Of a DNA stretch of 64,000 bases, positions 8,596 to 18,545 are shown piece by piece. A model generated the notes under the pieces. The model did no database searches. It worked only from the letters and a program-made list of their open reading frames with translations, and was not told the DNA's origin. The position numbers and the translations under genes were made by a program. The DNA is from Acidobacteria bacterium Ga0077553 (GTDB lineage: Bacteria > Acidobacteriota > Terriglobia > Bryobacterales > Bryobacteraceae). Numbering within the stretch: position 1 is the stretch's first letter; every line of letters starts with the position of its first letter. The DNA lies in assembly GCA_001464575.1 (NCBI GenBank), contig LNFE01000138.1:5116-69115 (forward strand), given 5' to 3'.

Positions 8596-10266
8596 GTGCT
8601 CGCTTTCTTACTCCTCACGAGTTGGTTTCAGGAAGTGGCGTCCGCTCCCTCGCCCGCCGGTGCCGCCGCCCACACTTTGCTGCGGGAGGAGTCGGTAGTG
8701 GTAGAGCCCAACGGCCGGCAGACCACCATCACGCGCGGAGTCATCCGCATTCTTACCGCCGCCGGCGCCCGCTACGCCCGCGCCGGCGTTGCCTACGATA
8801 ACGTCGGCGGCAAGCTCGTCGAGTTCCGCGCCTGGGTGCAGCCGCCCGGCGGCGAACCGCAAGAGATCGACCCGGACGAGTTCACCGATCGGCACCTATC
8901 CCAAGGCGAAGTGCACTCCCCCCTTCGCCAGCGGCAGGTCGAGGCGGCCGTCCAACCAGGCGGCCTGTTCTTCTACCAATCCACCGTCCTCTCCCAAGCC
9001 GCCTTCCCGCAAGCCGAGTTCGAGTTCCAAGAAAACGAGCTGCCGGTGCGCCTAAGTCGCTTCCGCCTCTCCGCCCCCGCCACTTGGGGCCTGCAACCTG
9101 TTCTCTTCGCCGCCTCCCCCGCCCGCCAAGGCAACACCTGGGAGCTGCGGGACCTGCCTGGCCATCCTGCCGCGCCCCCCCGCCTCGCCGTCACCCTCCT
9201 GCCCGATCAACCCGCCCTGCCCCGCTTCGCCACCTGGCCCGATGTCGCCGCTTGGCTGGGCCATCTTGCGGAACCAGCGGCCCAACCCACCGCCCGCGTG
9301 GCGCAGCAAGCGGAACGTCTCGTCGCCGGCCTCAACTCCGTCAACGATCGCATTCAGGCCTTGGGAGCCTTCGTCCAAAGCCTGCGCTACGTGGCCATCA
9401 ACCACAATCTGGGGCAGGGAGGCGGCTTTACCCCGGCTGCTGCCGATGCCGTCCTCTCTCGCGGCTACGGGGACTGCAAGGACAAAGCCACCCTCCTTCG
9501 CGCCTTCCTCCGAGCCATAAACATCAACTCCTGGCTGGTCGCCATCAATGCGACCGATCGTACTCGCGTCCGTTCCGAATGGCCCTCCCCCCGGGTTTTC
9601 AATCACGCCATCGTCGCCATAGAGACCGAGTCCGGCCTCCTCTATTTCGACCCGTCCAATCCCACGAGCACCCTCGGCCAACTGCCCTACGCCCAACAGG
9701 GCGTTCCAGCGTTGGTTTTGCGCCAGGGAGCCACTCTCGCCCCGACTCCGGAACAACCCGGCGAGATCGAACGTAAGATCATGCTCCGCCTCGAACAGGA
9801 CGGCCGCGTTACGGGACGGCTGCTCGAAACCTCCCGCGGGTCTGCGGCGGCCGAAAGCCGCGCCCTGCTGGCCGCCGGCGCGTGTGACGGCGTTCTCGCC
9901 GCTCGCCTGCGCGGAACAGTTACTAATTGTCAGGTCCAGGATGAGTTCCCCCGAGATGGAATACATTTGTATGCTCAGTTTGGCCAGGAGGACCAGTTGG
10001 CCGCCGCCGGTGAGTTATGGCTTTGGAAGCCCCTCCTGCCCTGGGCGGAGGGTAACGGCGCTGTAACCATCCACGAGACCGTCGAAATCGAGCTCCATCC
10101 CCGGTGGACGGTCGAGGAACTGCCGGAACCCGTGCGTTCCAGCAGCTTTTCCGCCGCATGGTTCCTCCGGGATGGTAAGTTGTTGATTGACCGGTTCCTC
10201 CGTTCGCTGCCCGGTAGCCCCATCCCCGTCGAGCGCCTTCCCGTCGTATTACGCGGATTACACTGA
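8596..10266 (+). CDS. DUF3857 + transglutaminase-like cysteine protease-fold protein
   Basis: GTG immediately after the preceding stop, with a signal-like N-terminus. Core motif SRGYGDCKDKATLLRAFLRA (Cys 9475-9477). Confidence 0.75.
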   Translation: MLAFLLLTSWFQEVASAPSPAGAAAHTLLREESVVVEPNGRQTTITRGVIRILTAAGARYARAGVAYDNVGGKLVEFRAWVQPPGGEPQEIDPDEFTDRHLSQGEVHSPLRQRQVEAAVQPGGLFFYQSTVLSQAAFPQAEFEFQENELPVRLSRFRLSAPATWGLQPVLFAASPARQGNTWELRDLPGHPAAPPRLAVTLLPDQPALPRFATWPDVAAWLGHLAEPAAQPTARVAQQAERLVAGLNSVNDRIQALGAFVQSLRYVAINHNLGQGGGFTPAAADAVLSRGYGDCKDKATLLRAFLRAININSWLVAINATDRTRVRSEWPSPRVFNHAIVAIETESGLLYFDPSNPTSTLGQLPYAQQGVPALVLRQGATLAPTPEQPGEIERKIMLRLEQDGRVTGRLLETSRGSAAAESRALLAAGACDGVLAARLRGTVTNCQVQDEFPRDGIHLYAQFGQEDQLAAAGELWLWKPLLPWAEGNGAVTIHETVEIELHPRWTVEELPEPVRSSSFSAAWFLRDGKLLIDRFLRSLPGSPIPVERLPVVLRGLH

Positions 10267-10375
10267 AAGATTCCCGTACGATCCGTCAAAAAGCAAGTTA
10301 CAATTGGAAACTAATAACTGAATCCGCGTCGCCGGAACTCTGTTCGCTCTAGCCGCTACCTGGAGTATTTCCACA

Positions 10376-11239
10376 ATGACCAAGATCCTGGTTCGCCAAG
10401 TCATCCTTGGTTGCCTGGTAATCCTGAACGGATTGCTGCTCGCCGCCTCGGTGTATTGGTTGCGTAACGAAGCTACCGCCGCCGTTTTGTTCCTACTCTT
10501 CTTCGCCGGCGCTTTAGTTACCTTTTTGTTTTCCGGCCTTTATGTTACAGCCGGATCACGGGACACGGCGCCATATCGCATGGTGATGGGTTATCTGCTC
10601 TGGGCCTCCTACCGCAGCGCTCGTTTCTATACGAATACTCTCTGGCTGGTCCTTTTGTTGGCCTCCGTCTGGCTCGTCGGCCCCCACGCGATCTACCGGC
10701 TGCAAGCGAACTGTGAAGGGGCGCCGGTGATCATGGCATCCAGCTTTCTCGGCCGCGAAATCCGCGTCCCCTGCCAATCGCGCCGCGCCACCGTACAGGT
10801 CTATCAGCCTTTCCGGACCATCGACGTCGCCAAGGACCGCATCTCCTGTATCGACGGCAACGGCACCGTCTACCCCGCCTTGAGCCAAGCCGGTCCCATC
10901 GTTGCTTGCAATCCCCCTCCTTCCCAGCAGCCGCTGCGCGTCGATCGCATGGAACCCGCCGTCATTGAAGCCAACCATATCCGGCGCTACCGGCTCTTTG
11001 GATCCGGCTTCACTAAGGATGTCTCCGTCTCGCTCGACGCCGCCTCCTTCGTCGGCAGCTCCCTGTCCCGCGACCCGGATCGCCATCCCGCCGAGGTCGA
11101 TCCCGGCGGCCAGTGGGTCGACGTTTTCATCAGCGTCATGTATGTTCCCGGACGGGACCGGGTCACCATCAAGCTCACCAACGAACATAACCAAGCGACC
11201 GAGTTTGCCGCCCCCGTCCAGGTCTCGGCGCTGCGATAG
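10376..11239 (+). CDS. membrane protein with multiple N-terminal TM helices and a C-terminal Ig/IPT-like domain
   Basis: ATG ORF after an AT-rich 109-nt gap. It has several hydrophobic helices, then a beta-rich C-terminus (RYRLFGSGFTKDVSVSLD...VTIKLTNEHNQ). Confidence 0.55.
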   Translation: MTKILVRQVILGCLVILNGLLLAASVYWLRNEATAAVLFLLFFAGALVTFLFSGLYVTAGSRDTAPYRMVMGYLLWASYRSARFYTNTLWLVLLLASVWLVGPHAIYRLQANCEGAPVIMASSFLGREIRVPCQSRRATVQVYQPFRTIDVAKDRISCIDGNGTVYPALSQAGPIVACNPPPSQQPLRVDRMEPAVIEANHIRRYRLFGSGFTKDVSVSLDAASFVGSSLSRDPDRHPAEVDPGGQWVDVFISVMYVPGRDRVTIKLTNEHNQATEFAAPVQVSALR

Positions 11240-11271
11240 AATCGAAGCACCAGAATCGTTAAGGAGCGCTT

Positions 11272-12648
11272 ATGTTTCGTCTGGATGCGGATCGCCCCGT
11301 TGAATTTTGCGACGGCACCCGTCGCCGTGATTTCCTGCACGCCGGAGCGCTCTCGACGCTCGGCCTCGGCCTCGCCCAATTCGCCGGCTTGAAAGCCCAC
11401 GGCGCCGTTGACCCCAAGAAAGACGTCAACTGCATCTTATTGATGCTCGTCGGCGGCCCCTCCCAGCTCGACACCTGGGACATGAAGCCCAACGCGCCCA
11501 TCGAAATCCGCGGCCCCTACAAGTCCATCAAGACGAACGTCCCCGGCATCGAAATCTCGGAAAACTTCCCCCGCATGGCCAAGCACGCGGACAAGTTCTC
11601 CATCGTCCGGTCGATGTACCACACCGCCGCCGCCGTCCACGACACCGGCCATCAGATGATGCAAACCGGACGCCTCTTCCAGGGCGGCGTCGAGCACCCC
11701 CACTACGGCTGCGTCCTCGGTAAACTGCGCGGCTCCAAAGGCGACGTCCCGCCCAACATCCTGCTGCCCCGGCCCATCGGCGCCACCGGCGGCAACATGC
11801 CCCACGGCCACGCCGCCGGCTATCTCGGCAAAGCCTACGATCCCTTCATCCTCAACGCCGATCCGTCAGACCCCAACTTCCGCGTCCCCGACATGCTCCC
11901 GCCCGATTATCTGTCGTCCCACCGCGTGGACCGGCGGAAGAACTGGCGCGAAGCCATCGACAAGTCGGTCAGTAAGTTCGAAACCTCGCAAGACGCCCGC
12001 CTCCTTGATTCGAGCTTCCAGCAGGCCTACACCCTGATGTCCTCCGCCAAGGCCCGCGCGGCGTTCGAACTCCATCGCGAACCGGAAGCCGTCCGCGAAA
12101 AATACGGCCTCAATCGCTTCGGCCAAAGCTGCCTCCTCGCCCGTCGCCTCGTCGAAGCCGGCGTCCGCTTCGTCACCATCAACATGTTCGAAACGGTGTT
12201 CGACGAAATCACCTGGGACATCCACGGCTCGAAGCCCTTCTCCCCCATTTCCTGCTACAAAGACCTCGTCGGCCCCATGTTCGACATGGCCTATAGCTCG
12301 CTCCTCGAAGATCTCTCGCAACGCGGCCTCCTGTCGAACACCATGGTCATCGGCACCGGCGAATTCGGCCGCACCCCCAAGGTCAACCCCGCCGGCGGCC
12401 GCGACCATTGGCCGCAATGCTGGTCCATGCTCGCTGGAGGCGGCCCGCTCAAGGGCGGCACCATCGTCGGCTCCTCGGACGAAATCGGCGCCATGCCCAA
12501 GGACCGTCCCACCACCCCGGCCGAAGTCGCCGCCACCATCTATAAAGGCCTCGGCATCGACCTCGAAACCGAACTCCCTGGTGCGCAGGGACGCCCTATC
12601 CCTGTCGTCGATCGCGGCACCGAACCCATCAAAGAACTCTTCGTGTAA
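11272..12648 (+). CDS. DUF1501 domain protein (sulfatase-fold, twin-arginine signal)
   Basis: RRDFLHAGALSTLGLGLA Tat-like signal. LVGGPSQLDTWDMKP and GEFGRTPKVNPAGGRDHWP motifs are typical of DUF1501. Confidence 0.85.
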   Translation: MFRLDADRPVEFCDGTRRRDFLHAGALSTLGLGLAQFAGLKAHGAVDPKKDVNCILLMLVGGPSQLDTWDMKPNAPIEIRGPYKSIKTNVPGIEISENFPRMAKHADKFSIVRSMYHTAAAVHDTGHQMMQTGRLFQGGVEHPHYGCVLGKLRGSKGDVPPNILLPRPIGATGGNMPHGHAAGYLGKAYDPFILNADPSDPNFRVPDMLPPDYLSSHRVDRRKNWREAIDKSVSKFETSQDARLLDSSFQQAYTLMSSAKARAAFELHREPEAVREKYGLNRFGQSCLLARRLVEAGVRFVTINMFETVFDEITWDIHGSKPFSPISCYKDLVGPMFDMAYSSLLEDLSQRGLLSNTMVIGTGEFGRTPKVNPAGGRDHWPQCWSMLAGGGPLKGGTIVGSSDEIGAMPKDRPTTPAEVAATIYKGLGIDLETELPGAQGRPIPVVDRGTEPIKELFV

Positions 12649-12651
12649 GCC

Positions 12652-15054
12652 ATGCGTTTCTCACTCCTGTTCTGCTTTGCCGCGGCCCTGCTGTCCGCGG
12701 CGCCGTCGCTATCCATCCTCCCGAAGGACGTCACGCTGGCCACGGCCGAATCCCGCCAGCAACTCCTCGCTGAGGCGCTGCTCGACGGCGGCGTCCAAGC
12801 CGATTGGACCCGCACCGCCGCCTGGACCTCGTCGAATCCCGCCGTCGCTGCCGTCTCCCTATCCGGCCTCATCACCCCCAAGTCCGACGGCGAAGCCGTC
12901 ATCACGGCCCGCAAAGACAACCTTTCCGCCTCTGTCACCGTCCGCGTTCGCAACGCCGCCGCCCCCTTCACGTGGTCGTTCAAGAATCACGTCATGCCCG
13001 TCCTCACCAAGACCGGCTGCAACCAGGGCGCCTGCCACGGAGCCCTCGCCGGCAAGAACGGCTTCAAGCTCACCCTCCGCGGCTACGACCCCGAACTCGA
13101 TTACGACGCCCTCACCCGCCAGTCTGCCTCCCGCCGCGTCAACCTCGCCGAACCCGCCCATTCCCTGCTTCTCTTGAAGCCCACCTTCGCCGTCCCCCAC
13201 ATGGGCGGCCTCCGCTTCAAAACCGATACCCTCGAATACCGCGTCATCGCCGAATGGATCGCCGCCGGCGCCCCGCCCCCCGCCGAAAAGGACCCCGAAG
13301 TCACCGGCCTCGAAGTCTATCCCCCGGCCGCGATCCTAGCGCCCAACGCCACCCAACAACTCATCGTCCGCGCCAAGTACTCTGACGGCCGCACCGAAGA
13401 CGTCACCAACTGGGTCAAGTTCACCTCCGCCAACGAAGGCGTCGCCACCGTCGACGATTCCGGCCTCGTTAAGCTTACCGGCCACGGCGAATCGGCGATC
13501 ACACTTTGGTACGCCTCCAAGGTCCTCTACGCCCGCGTCACCGTCCCCTTCATCAACCAAACCCCCGTCATCTCCGACTTCCGCCCCCGCAACTTCATCG
13601 ACAATTTGGCCGCCGCCAAGTGGAAGTCCCTAAACCTCACCCCTTCCAAACTCGCCGACGATTCCACCTTCCTCCGCCGCGCCTATCTCGACGCCGCCGG
13701 TATCCTCCCCACCGCCGACGAAGTGGAAACCTTCCTCGCCGACGCGGACCCCAACAAACGCTCGAAAGTCATCGACCAGCTCCTCAACCGCGACGAGTAC
13801 GCCGACTACTGGGCCTATAAGTTCTCCGACCTCCTCCTCGTCAGCTCCCGCAAACTCCGCACCCCGGCCATGTGGGCCTTCTACAATTGGATCCGCGACT
13901 CCGTCCAAACCAACAAGCCCTGGGACCAGTTCGCCCGAGACATCTTCACCGGCGCCGGCTCCACCCGCCAGAACGGCGCGCTGAACTACTTCGTCCTCCA
14001 CAAAGACACCATCGAAATGGCCGAAAACGTGACGCAGGCCTTCCTCGGCCAACGCCTCACCTGCGCCCGCTGCCACAACCATCCCATGGAAAAGTGGACC
14101 CAGCGGCAGTACTACCAGTTCGCCAATCTCTTCGCCCGCGTCGGCATCAAAAATGGCAACACCGCCGCCGACAACGTCGTCTTCGCCAAAACCTCCGGCG
14201 ACATCAATCATCCCCGCCTCCTCCGCCCCCTCGAACCCGCCCCCCTCGACGGCCTCCCCATGGCCCTCGACTCGACCGCCGACCGCCGCGTCCACTTCGC
14301 CAACTGGCTCACCAAAGACAACGACTACTTCACCCGCAACATAGTCAACCGCGTCTGGGCCAACTTCCTCGGCCGCGGCCTCGTCCACCCCTATGACGAC
14401 GTCCGCGCCACCAACCCGGCCTCCAACGAAGAGCTCTTCGCCGCCGTCTCGGCCGACTTCGTCAAGCACGGCTACGACCTCAAGCACCTCATGCGCACCA
14501 TCATGAACAGTGCCACGTATCAGCTCTCCTCGGAAGCCAACGCCACCAACCAGTCCGACAACGTCTTCTACTCGAAGTACGTCATCAAGCGCCTCCCCGC
14601 CGAAGTGCTCCTCGACGCCATGTCCCAGGTCACCGGCGTGCCCACGGCGTTCCCCGGCTACCCCGCCGGCACCCGCGCCATGCAACTGCCGGACGTCCGC
14701 GTCCAAAGCCAGTTCCTCACCTCCTTCGGCCGCCCGGAACGTATCCTCTGCGACGCCGCCGAACGCAGCTCCGACCCGTCCATCTCCCAAGCCCTCCACG
14801 TCATCAACGGCGACACGCTCAACAAAAAACTTGCCGACGCCCAAGGGAACATCGCGCTGCTTCTAAAGCTCGGCCTCTCGGATCGAAAGGTCCTCGAGCA
14901 CCTCTACCTCACCGCCTACTCCCGCCCGCCCCGGCCTGAGGAGATGGCCCAGCTCAACAAGCTGCTAACGGAAGCCAAGCAGTCCAAACAGGAAGGCCTC
15001 GAAGACCTCGTCTGGAGCCTCCTCACCAGCAAAGAGTTCCTCTTCAACTACTGA
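12652..15054 (+). CDS. DUF1549/DUF1553 protein with N-terminal Big_2-like domains
   Basis: Signal peptide and Ig-like repeats. CNQGACHGALAGKNGFKLTLRGYDP and CARCHNHPMEKWTQRQYYQFANLFA motifs are characteristic of DUF1549, with a DUF1553-like C-terminal half. Start is 3 nt after the DUF1501 stop. Confidence 0.85.
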   Translation: MRFSLLFCFAAALLSAAPSLSILPKDVTLATAESRQQLLAEALLDGGVQADWTRTAAWTSSNPAVAAVSLSGLITPKSDGEAVITARKDNLSASVTVRVRNAAAPFTWSFKNHVMPVLTKTGCNQGACHGALAGKNGFKLTLRGYDPELDYDALTRQSASRRVNLAEPAHSLLLLKPTFAVPHMGGLRFKTDTLEYRVIAEWIAAGAPPPAEKDPEVTGLEVYPPAAILAPNATQQLIVRAKYSDGRTEDVTNWVKFTSANEGVATVDDSGLVKLTGHGESAITLWYASKVLYARVTVPFINQTPVISDFRPRNFIDNLAAAKWKSLNLTPSKLADDSTFLRRAYLDAAGILPTADEVETFLADADPNKRSKVIDQLLNRDEYADYWAYKFSDLLLVSSRKLRTPAMWAFYNWIRDSVQTNKPWDQFARDIFTGAGSTRQNGALNYFVLHKDTIEMAENVTQAFLGQRLTCARCHNHPMEKWTQRQYYQFANLFARVGIKNGNTAADNVVFAKTSGDINHPRLLRPLEPAPLDGLPMALDSTADRRVHFANWLTKDNDYFTRNIVNRVWANFLGRGLVHPYDDVRATNPASNEELFAAVSADFVKHGYDLKHLMRTIMNSATYQLSSEANATNQSDNVFYSKYVIKRLPAEVLLDAMSQVTGVPTAFPGYPAGTRAMQLPDVRVQSQFLTSFGRPERILCDAAERSSDPSISQALHVINGDTLNKKLADAQGNIALLLKLGLSDRKVLEHLYLTAYSRPPRPEEMAQLNKLLTEAKQSKQEGLEDLVWSLLTSKEFLFNY

Positions 15055-15055
15055 C

Positions 15056-16288
15056 ATGCGCGCCGCTCTCTTTCTGATAGCCACCGTCTGCTGCGCCCAG
15101 GACTTTGAAGCGGACCTGCAGCCGGTCTTCCGCAAGTACTGCCTCGATTGCCACGCTCACGGCGTCAAGATGGGTTCGCTCGATCTTGAAACCATCGCCG
15201 GCATCCGCGCCGGCGGCAACCATGGCCAAATCGTCGTCCCCGGAAAGGCCGAAGAGAGCCGCCTCTATCTCATGTCCGCCGGCAAGAAGGAACCCTTCAT
15301 GCCTATGGACGGCCGCAGTCTCGCCTCCGCCGAACTCGACGTCATCAAAAACTGGATCAACGCCGGCGCCAAAGGCCCCGCCGTCGAAGCCGCGCCCCGC
15401 CAAGCCAAGGGCATCCCCGATATCCTCCCTCTCGTTCCTCCGAAGCCGCAAATCTTCGCCACCGCCCAGTCCGCCGATGGCGCCCTCACCGCCTACGCCG
15501 GCCATAAAATCGTCACCCTCAATGGCGCCAAACTCGGCGGCCACCAATCCGCCGTCCGCGCCGTGGCCTTCTCGCAGGACGGCGCCCTCCTCGCCGCCGC
15601 CGGCGGTCTCCCCGCCCAAAAAGGCGAAGTGAAAATCTGGGACGTCGCCGCCAAGGCCGAACGCTTAACCATCATGGGCCACAAGGATTGCATCTACGCC
15701 GTCGCCTTCTCGCCGGACGGCAAACTCCTCGCCACCGCCTCTTACGACAAGATGATCTACCTCTGGGACCCCGCCACCGGCAAGCAACTCCGGCCCCTCA
15801 AAGATCACGTCGACGCCATCTACGCCCTCACCTTCTCGCCGGACGGCTCCCGACTCCTCTCCGCCTCCGCGGACCGCTCCGTCAAAGTCTGGGACCCCGC
15901 CACCGGCGAACGCCTCTTCACCCTTTCGGAACCCACCGACGCCCTCCAAACCGTCGCCATCTCCGCCGACGGCAAGCTCGTCGCCGCGGGCGGCGCCGAT
16001 AAGTCCATCCGCCTCTGGGACCTCTCCCCCAAAGCCGGAGCCCTCAAGAACTCCCTAATTGCCCACGAGGACACGATCCTCCAAATCGCCTTCTCCCCCG
16101 ACGGCAAAACCCTCGCCACCGGCGGCGCCGACCGCACCGTCAAGCTCTTCCGCACCGCCGATCTCACCGAACTCAAAACCTTCGCCGGTCAATCCGACTG
16201 GCCCACCGGCCTCCACTTTTCGCCCGACGGCAAAACGCTCCGCGTCGCCCGTCTCGATGGCACAACCCAAACCTATCCCATCCCCTAA
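15056..16288 (+). CDS. planctomycete-type cytochrome c domain (CxxCH) fused to WD40 beta-propeller
   Basis: YCLDCHAH heme motif (15140-15154) in a PSCyt1-like N-terminus. It is followed by repeated ...GHxDxIYAVAFSPDGKLLA...IxLWD WD40 units. Confidence 0.85.
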   Translation: MRAALFLIATVCCAQDFEADLQPVFRKYCLDCHAHGVKMGSLDLETIAGIRAGGNHGQIVVPGKAEESRLYLMSAGKKEPFMPMDGRSLASAELDVIKNWINAGAKGPAVEAAPRQAKGIPDILPLVPPKPQIFATAQSADGALTAYAGHKIVTLNGAKLGGHQSAVRAVAFSQDGALLAAAGGLPAQKGEVKIWDVAAKAERLTIMGHKDCIYAVAFSPDGKLLATASYDKMIYLWDPATGKQLRPLKDHVDAIYALTFSPDGSRLLSASADRSVKVWDPATGERLFTLSEPTDALQTVAISADGKLVAAGGADKSIRLWDLSPKAGALKNSLIAHEDTILQIAFSPDGKTLATGGADRTVKLFRTADLTELKTFAGQSDWPTGLHFSPDGKTLRVARLDGTTQTYPIP

Positions 16289-16370
16289 AGAGCACCCATG
16301 CGCTACCTCACCCTGCTCCTCGCCGTTTCCCTGTACGCCCAGTCCCCCCGCACCACGCCCCCCACGCGGC

Positions 16371-18545
16371 ATGACCGCCGAACTCGTCATCGAAGGCTTC
16401 AACCTCGCCAAGACCTCGGCTATCTACTTCTCGGACCGCCGCGTCACCGGCAAGATACTCCGCGTTAAGGAACTCCCCGACCTTCCCGATATCCGCATCG
16501 GCGCCAACGGCACCCAGTCCTCCATTGACGTCGGCCCCCTCCCGCCACGCAACCAGCTCACCGTCGAAGTCGACATCGCCCCCGAAGCCGAAATCGGCGA
16601 CGTCTCCTTCCGGCTCCAAACCCCCCTCGGCACCTCGCCCGAAGGCACTATCCTCATTGAACCCTACGTCGGCGAAGCGCCGGACCAGGAACCCAACGAT
16701 ACCCTCGCCGGCGCTTTCGAAACCCATCTCCCCGCCGTCCTCACCGGCGCCATCTCCAAGCCCGGCGACCTCGACCATTTTAAGTTCACCGCCCGCGCCG
16801 GCCAAACCATCGTCATCGAAAACTCTTCGGACAAGGTCGGCTCCAGCCTCCAGCCCGTCATCGCCATCCTCGACGCCAATGGCGCCGTCCTCCGTACCTA
16901 CGGCGAGGATGGAGAGACATTAACGTTTACCCATAAATTCGAAAAAGCCGGCGTCCACTATCTCCGCATCTCCGACTACGAACGCTCCGGCCGCGCCTCT
17001 CACCAGTACCGGATCAAGGTCGGCGAGTTTGGGTTCGTTTCGTATTTTTACCCGCTCGGCCTCCAGCGTGACTCTGCCGCCACCATCCAACTCACTGGTC
17101 CCAACGTCCCCGCCACCGTCCAAGTGAAGGGCACGCCCATTGTCGAAGATCCGTTCTCGACCCTCCTCCGCCCCGAAGGCGCGTACAATCGCGTCAAGCT
17201 CGCGCTCGGCCGCGACCCCGAACTCCTCGTCGCCCAGCCCTCCCCCAAACTCACCCTCCCCGTCACCTTGAATGGCAAGCTAGATAAAGCCACTTCCGTC
17301 CACAAGTTTTCGTTCAGCGCCAAAAAGGGCCAGCCCCTCGTATTCGAAGTCATGGCCCGCCGCCTCGGCTCCCCGCTCGATACCACCATCGAAATCCTCA
17401 CCGCCGCCGGCAAGCCCATCGAAGTCGCCGCCGTCCGCCCCGTCGTTGAAACCTTCACCACCCTCCGCGACCACGACTCCATGCAACCCGGCGTCCGCAT
17501 CACCCACTGGAACAACATCAACGCCGGCGACTACATGATGCTCGGTCGCGAAATCGTCCGCGTCGCCGAACTCCCCCGCGGCCCCGACGAAGACATCCGC
17601 TACGAACAGCTCAACGGCCAGCGCGTCACTTTCTACAACACCGCCGCCGAAGCCCACGCCATCGACAAGGCCATCTACAAAGTCCAGATCCATCCCCCCG
17701 GCGCTCAGTTCGCGCCCAACGGCCTTCCCGTCACCCGCATCTACGCCCAGAACGACGACGGCGGCCCCGGCTTCAGCAAGGACTCCTACCTCACCTTCAC
17801 CGCCCCCGCCGACGGCGACTATCAGCTCGTGGTCCGCGACGTCACCGGTGCCACCGGCCCCTACCGCCTCAACATCCGCGAGCCGCGCCCGGACTTCCGC
17901 CTCTCCGTCAACCCGCGCAACCCCAACGTCCCCCGCGGCGGCACCATCCCGCTCACCGTCACCGCCACGCGCCTCGACGGCTACTCGGGGCCCATCGACC
18001 TCTCCTTCTCCGCCCTCCCCAAGGGCTTCACGGTCACCAAGGGCCGCATCGAGCCCAACCAGAACACCGGCGTCCTCCTCCTCACCGCCGCGCCCGATAT
18101 CCAGGTCGCTGAAGCCGTCCGCTTCGACGTCACCGGCGCTGCCCTCGGTGTAACCCGCCAAGCCAGCCCCGAGGACCACCTGAAGCTCATCGCCGTCGGC
18201 GGCAACCCCGACGTAATCATGACCAGCGCCACCCGCCGCGTCGAACTCGCCCCCGGCGAAACGGCCGCCATCCAGGTGAAGATCAGCCGCCACAACGGCT
18301 TCGCCGGCCGCGTCCCCGTCGATGTCGTCAACCTGCCGCCCCGCGTCAAGCTGCCCGATTTTGGCCTGAACGGCGTCCTGCTCAACGAAGACGAAACGGA
18401 GCGGACCTTCTACATCGAGGCTACCCCCTCCGCCGAACCCGGCGACTATACCATCGCGGTCGCTGGCCGCGTCGAAACCCGCAGCCCGCAGCAGAACCTC
18501 TCCGCCGCGCCGGAAACCATCGCCGTCCGCATCAAGGCGAAGTAA
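16371..18545 (+). CDS. secreted-type protein with pre-peptidase C-terminal (PPC) and Ig-like domains; N-terminus probably disrupted by frameshift
   Basis: ATG at 16371 in track ORF 16059..18545; the part upstream overlaps the WD40 gene. It has an EPNDTLAGAF...GDLDHFKFTARAGQTIVIE PPC-type motif. A signal peptide (MRYLTLLLAVSLYAQS, 16298-) lies in another frame just upstream. Confidence 0.75.
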   Translation: MTAELVIEGFNLAKTSAIYFSDRRVTGKILRVKELPDLPDIRIGANGTQSSIDVGPLPPRNQLTVEVDIAPEAEIGDVSFRLQTPLGTSPEGTILIEPYVGEAPDQEPNDTLAGAFETHLPAVLTGAISKPGDLDHFKFTARAGQTIVIENSSDKVGSSLQPVIAILDANGAVLRTYGEDGETLTFTHKFEKAGVHYLRISDYERSGRASHQYRIKVGEFGFVSYFYPLGLQRDSAATIQLTGPNVPATVQVKGTPIVEDPFSTLLRPEGAYNRVKLALGRDPELLVAQPSPKLTLPVTLNGKLDKATSVHKFSFSAKKGQPLVFEVMARRLGSPLDTTIEILTAAGKPIEVAAVRPVVETFTTLRDHDSMQPGVRITHWNNINAGDYMMLGREIVRVAELPRGPDEDIRYEQLNGQRVTFYNTAAEAHAIDKAIYKVQIHPPGAQFAPNGLPVTRIYAQNDDGGPGFSKDSYLTFTAPADGDYQLVVRDVTGATGPYRLNIREPRPDFRLSVNPRNPNVPRGGTIPLTVTATRLDGYSGPIDLSFSALPKGFTVTKGRIEPNQNTGVLLLTAAPDIQVAEAVRFDVTGAALGVTRQASPEDHLKLIAVGGNPDVIMTSATRRVELAPGETAAIQVKISRHNGFAGRVPVDVVNLPPRVKLPDFGLNGVLLNEDETERTFYIEATPSAEPGDYTIAVAGRVETRSPQQNLSAAPETIAVRIKAK

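Noticed and set aside
16059-16370. N-terminal 104 aa of track ORF 16059..18545.
   Set aside because: It overlaps the 3' end of the WD40 gene in another frame and is Pro/Ser-rich. The first ATG after the WD40 stop is at 16371. A more plausible N-terminus (the signal peptide at 16298) lies in a different frame.
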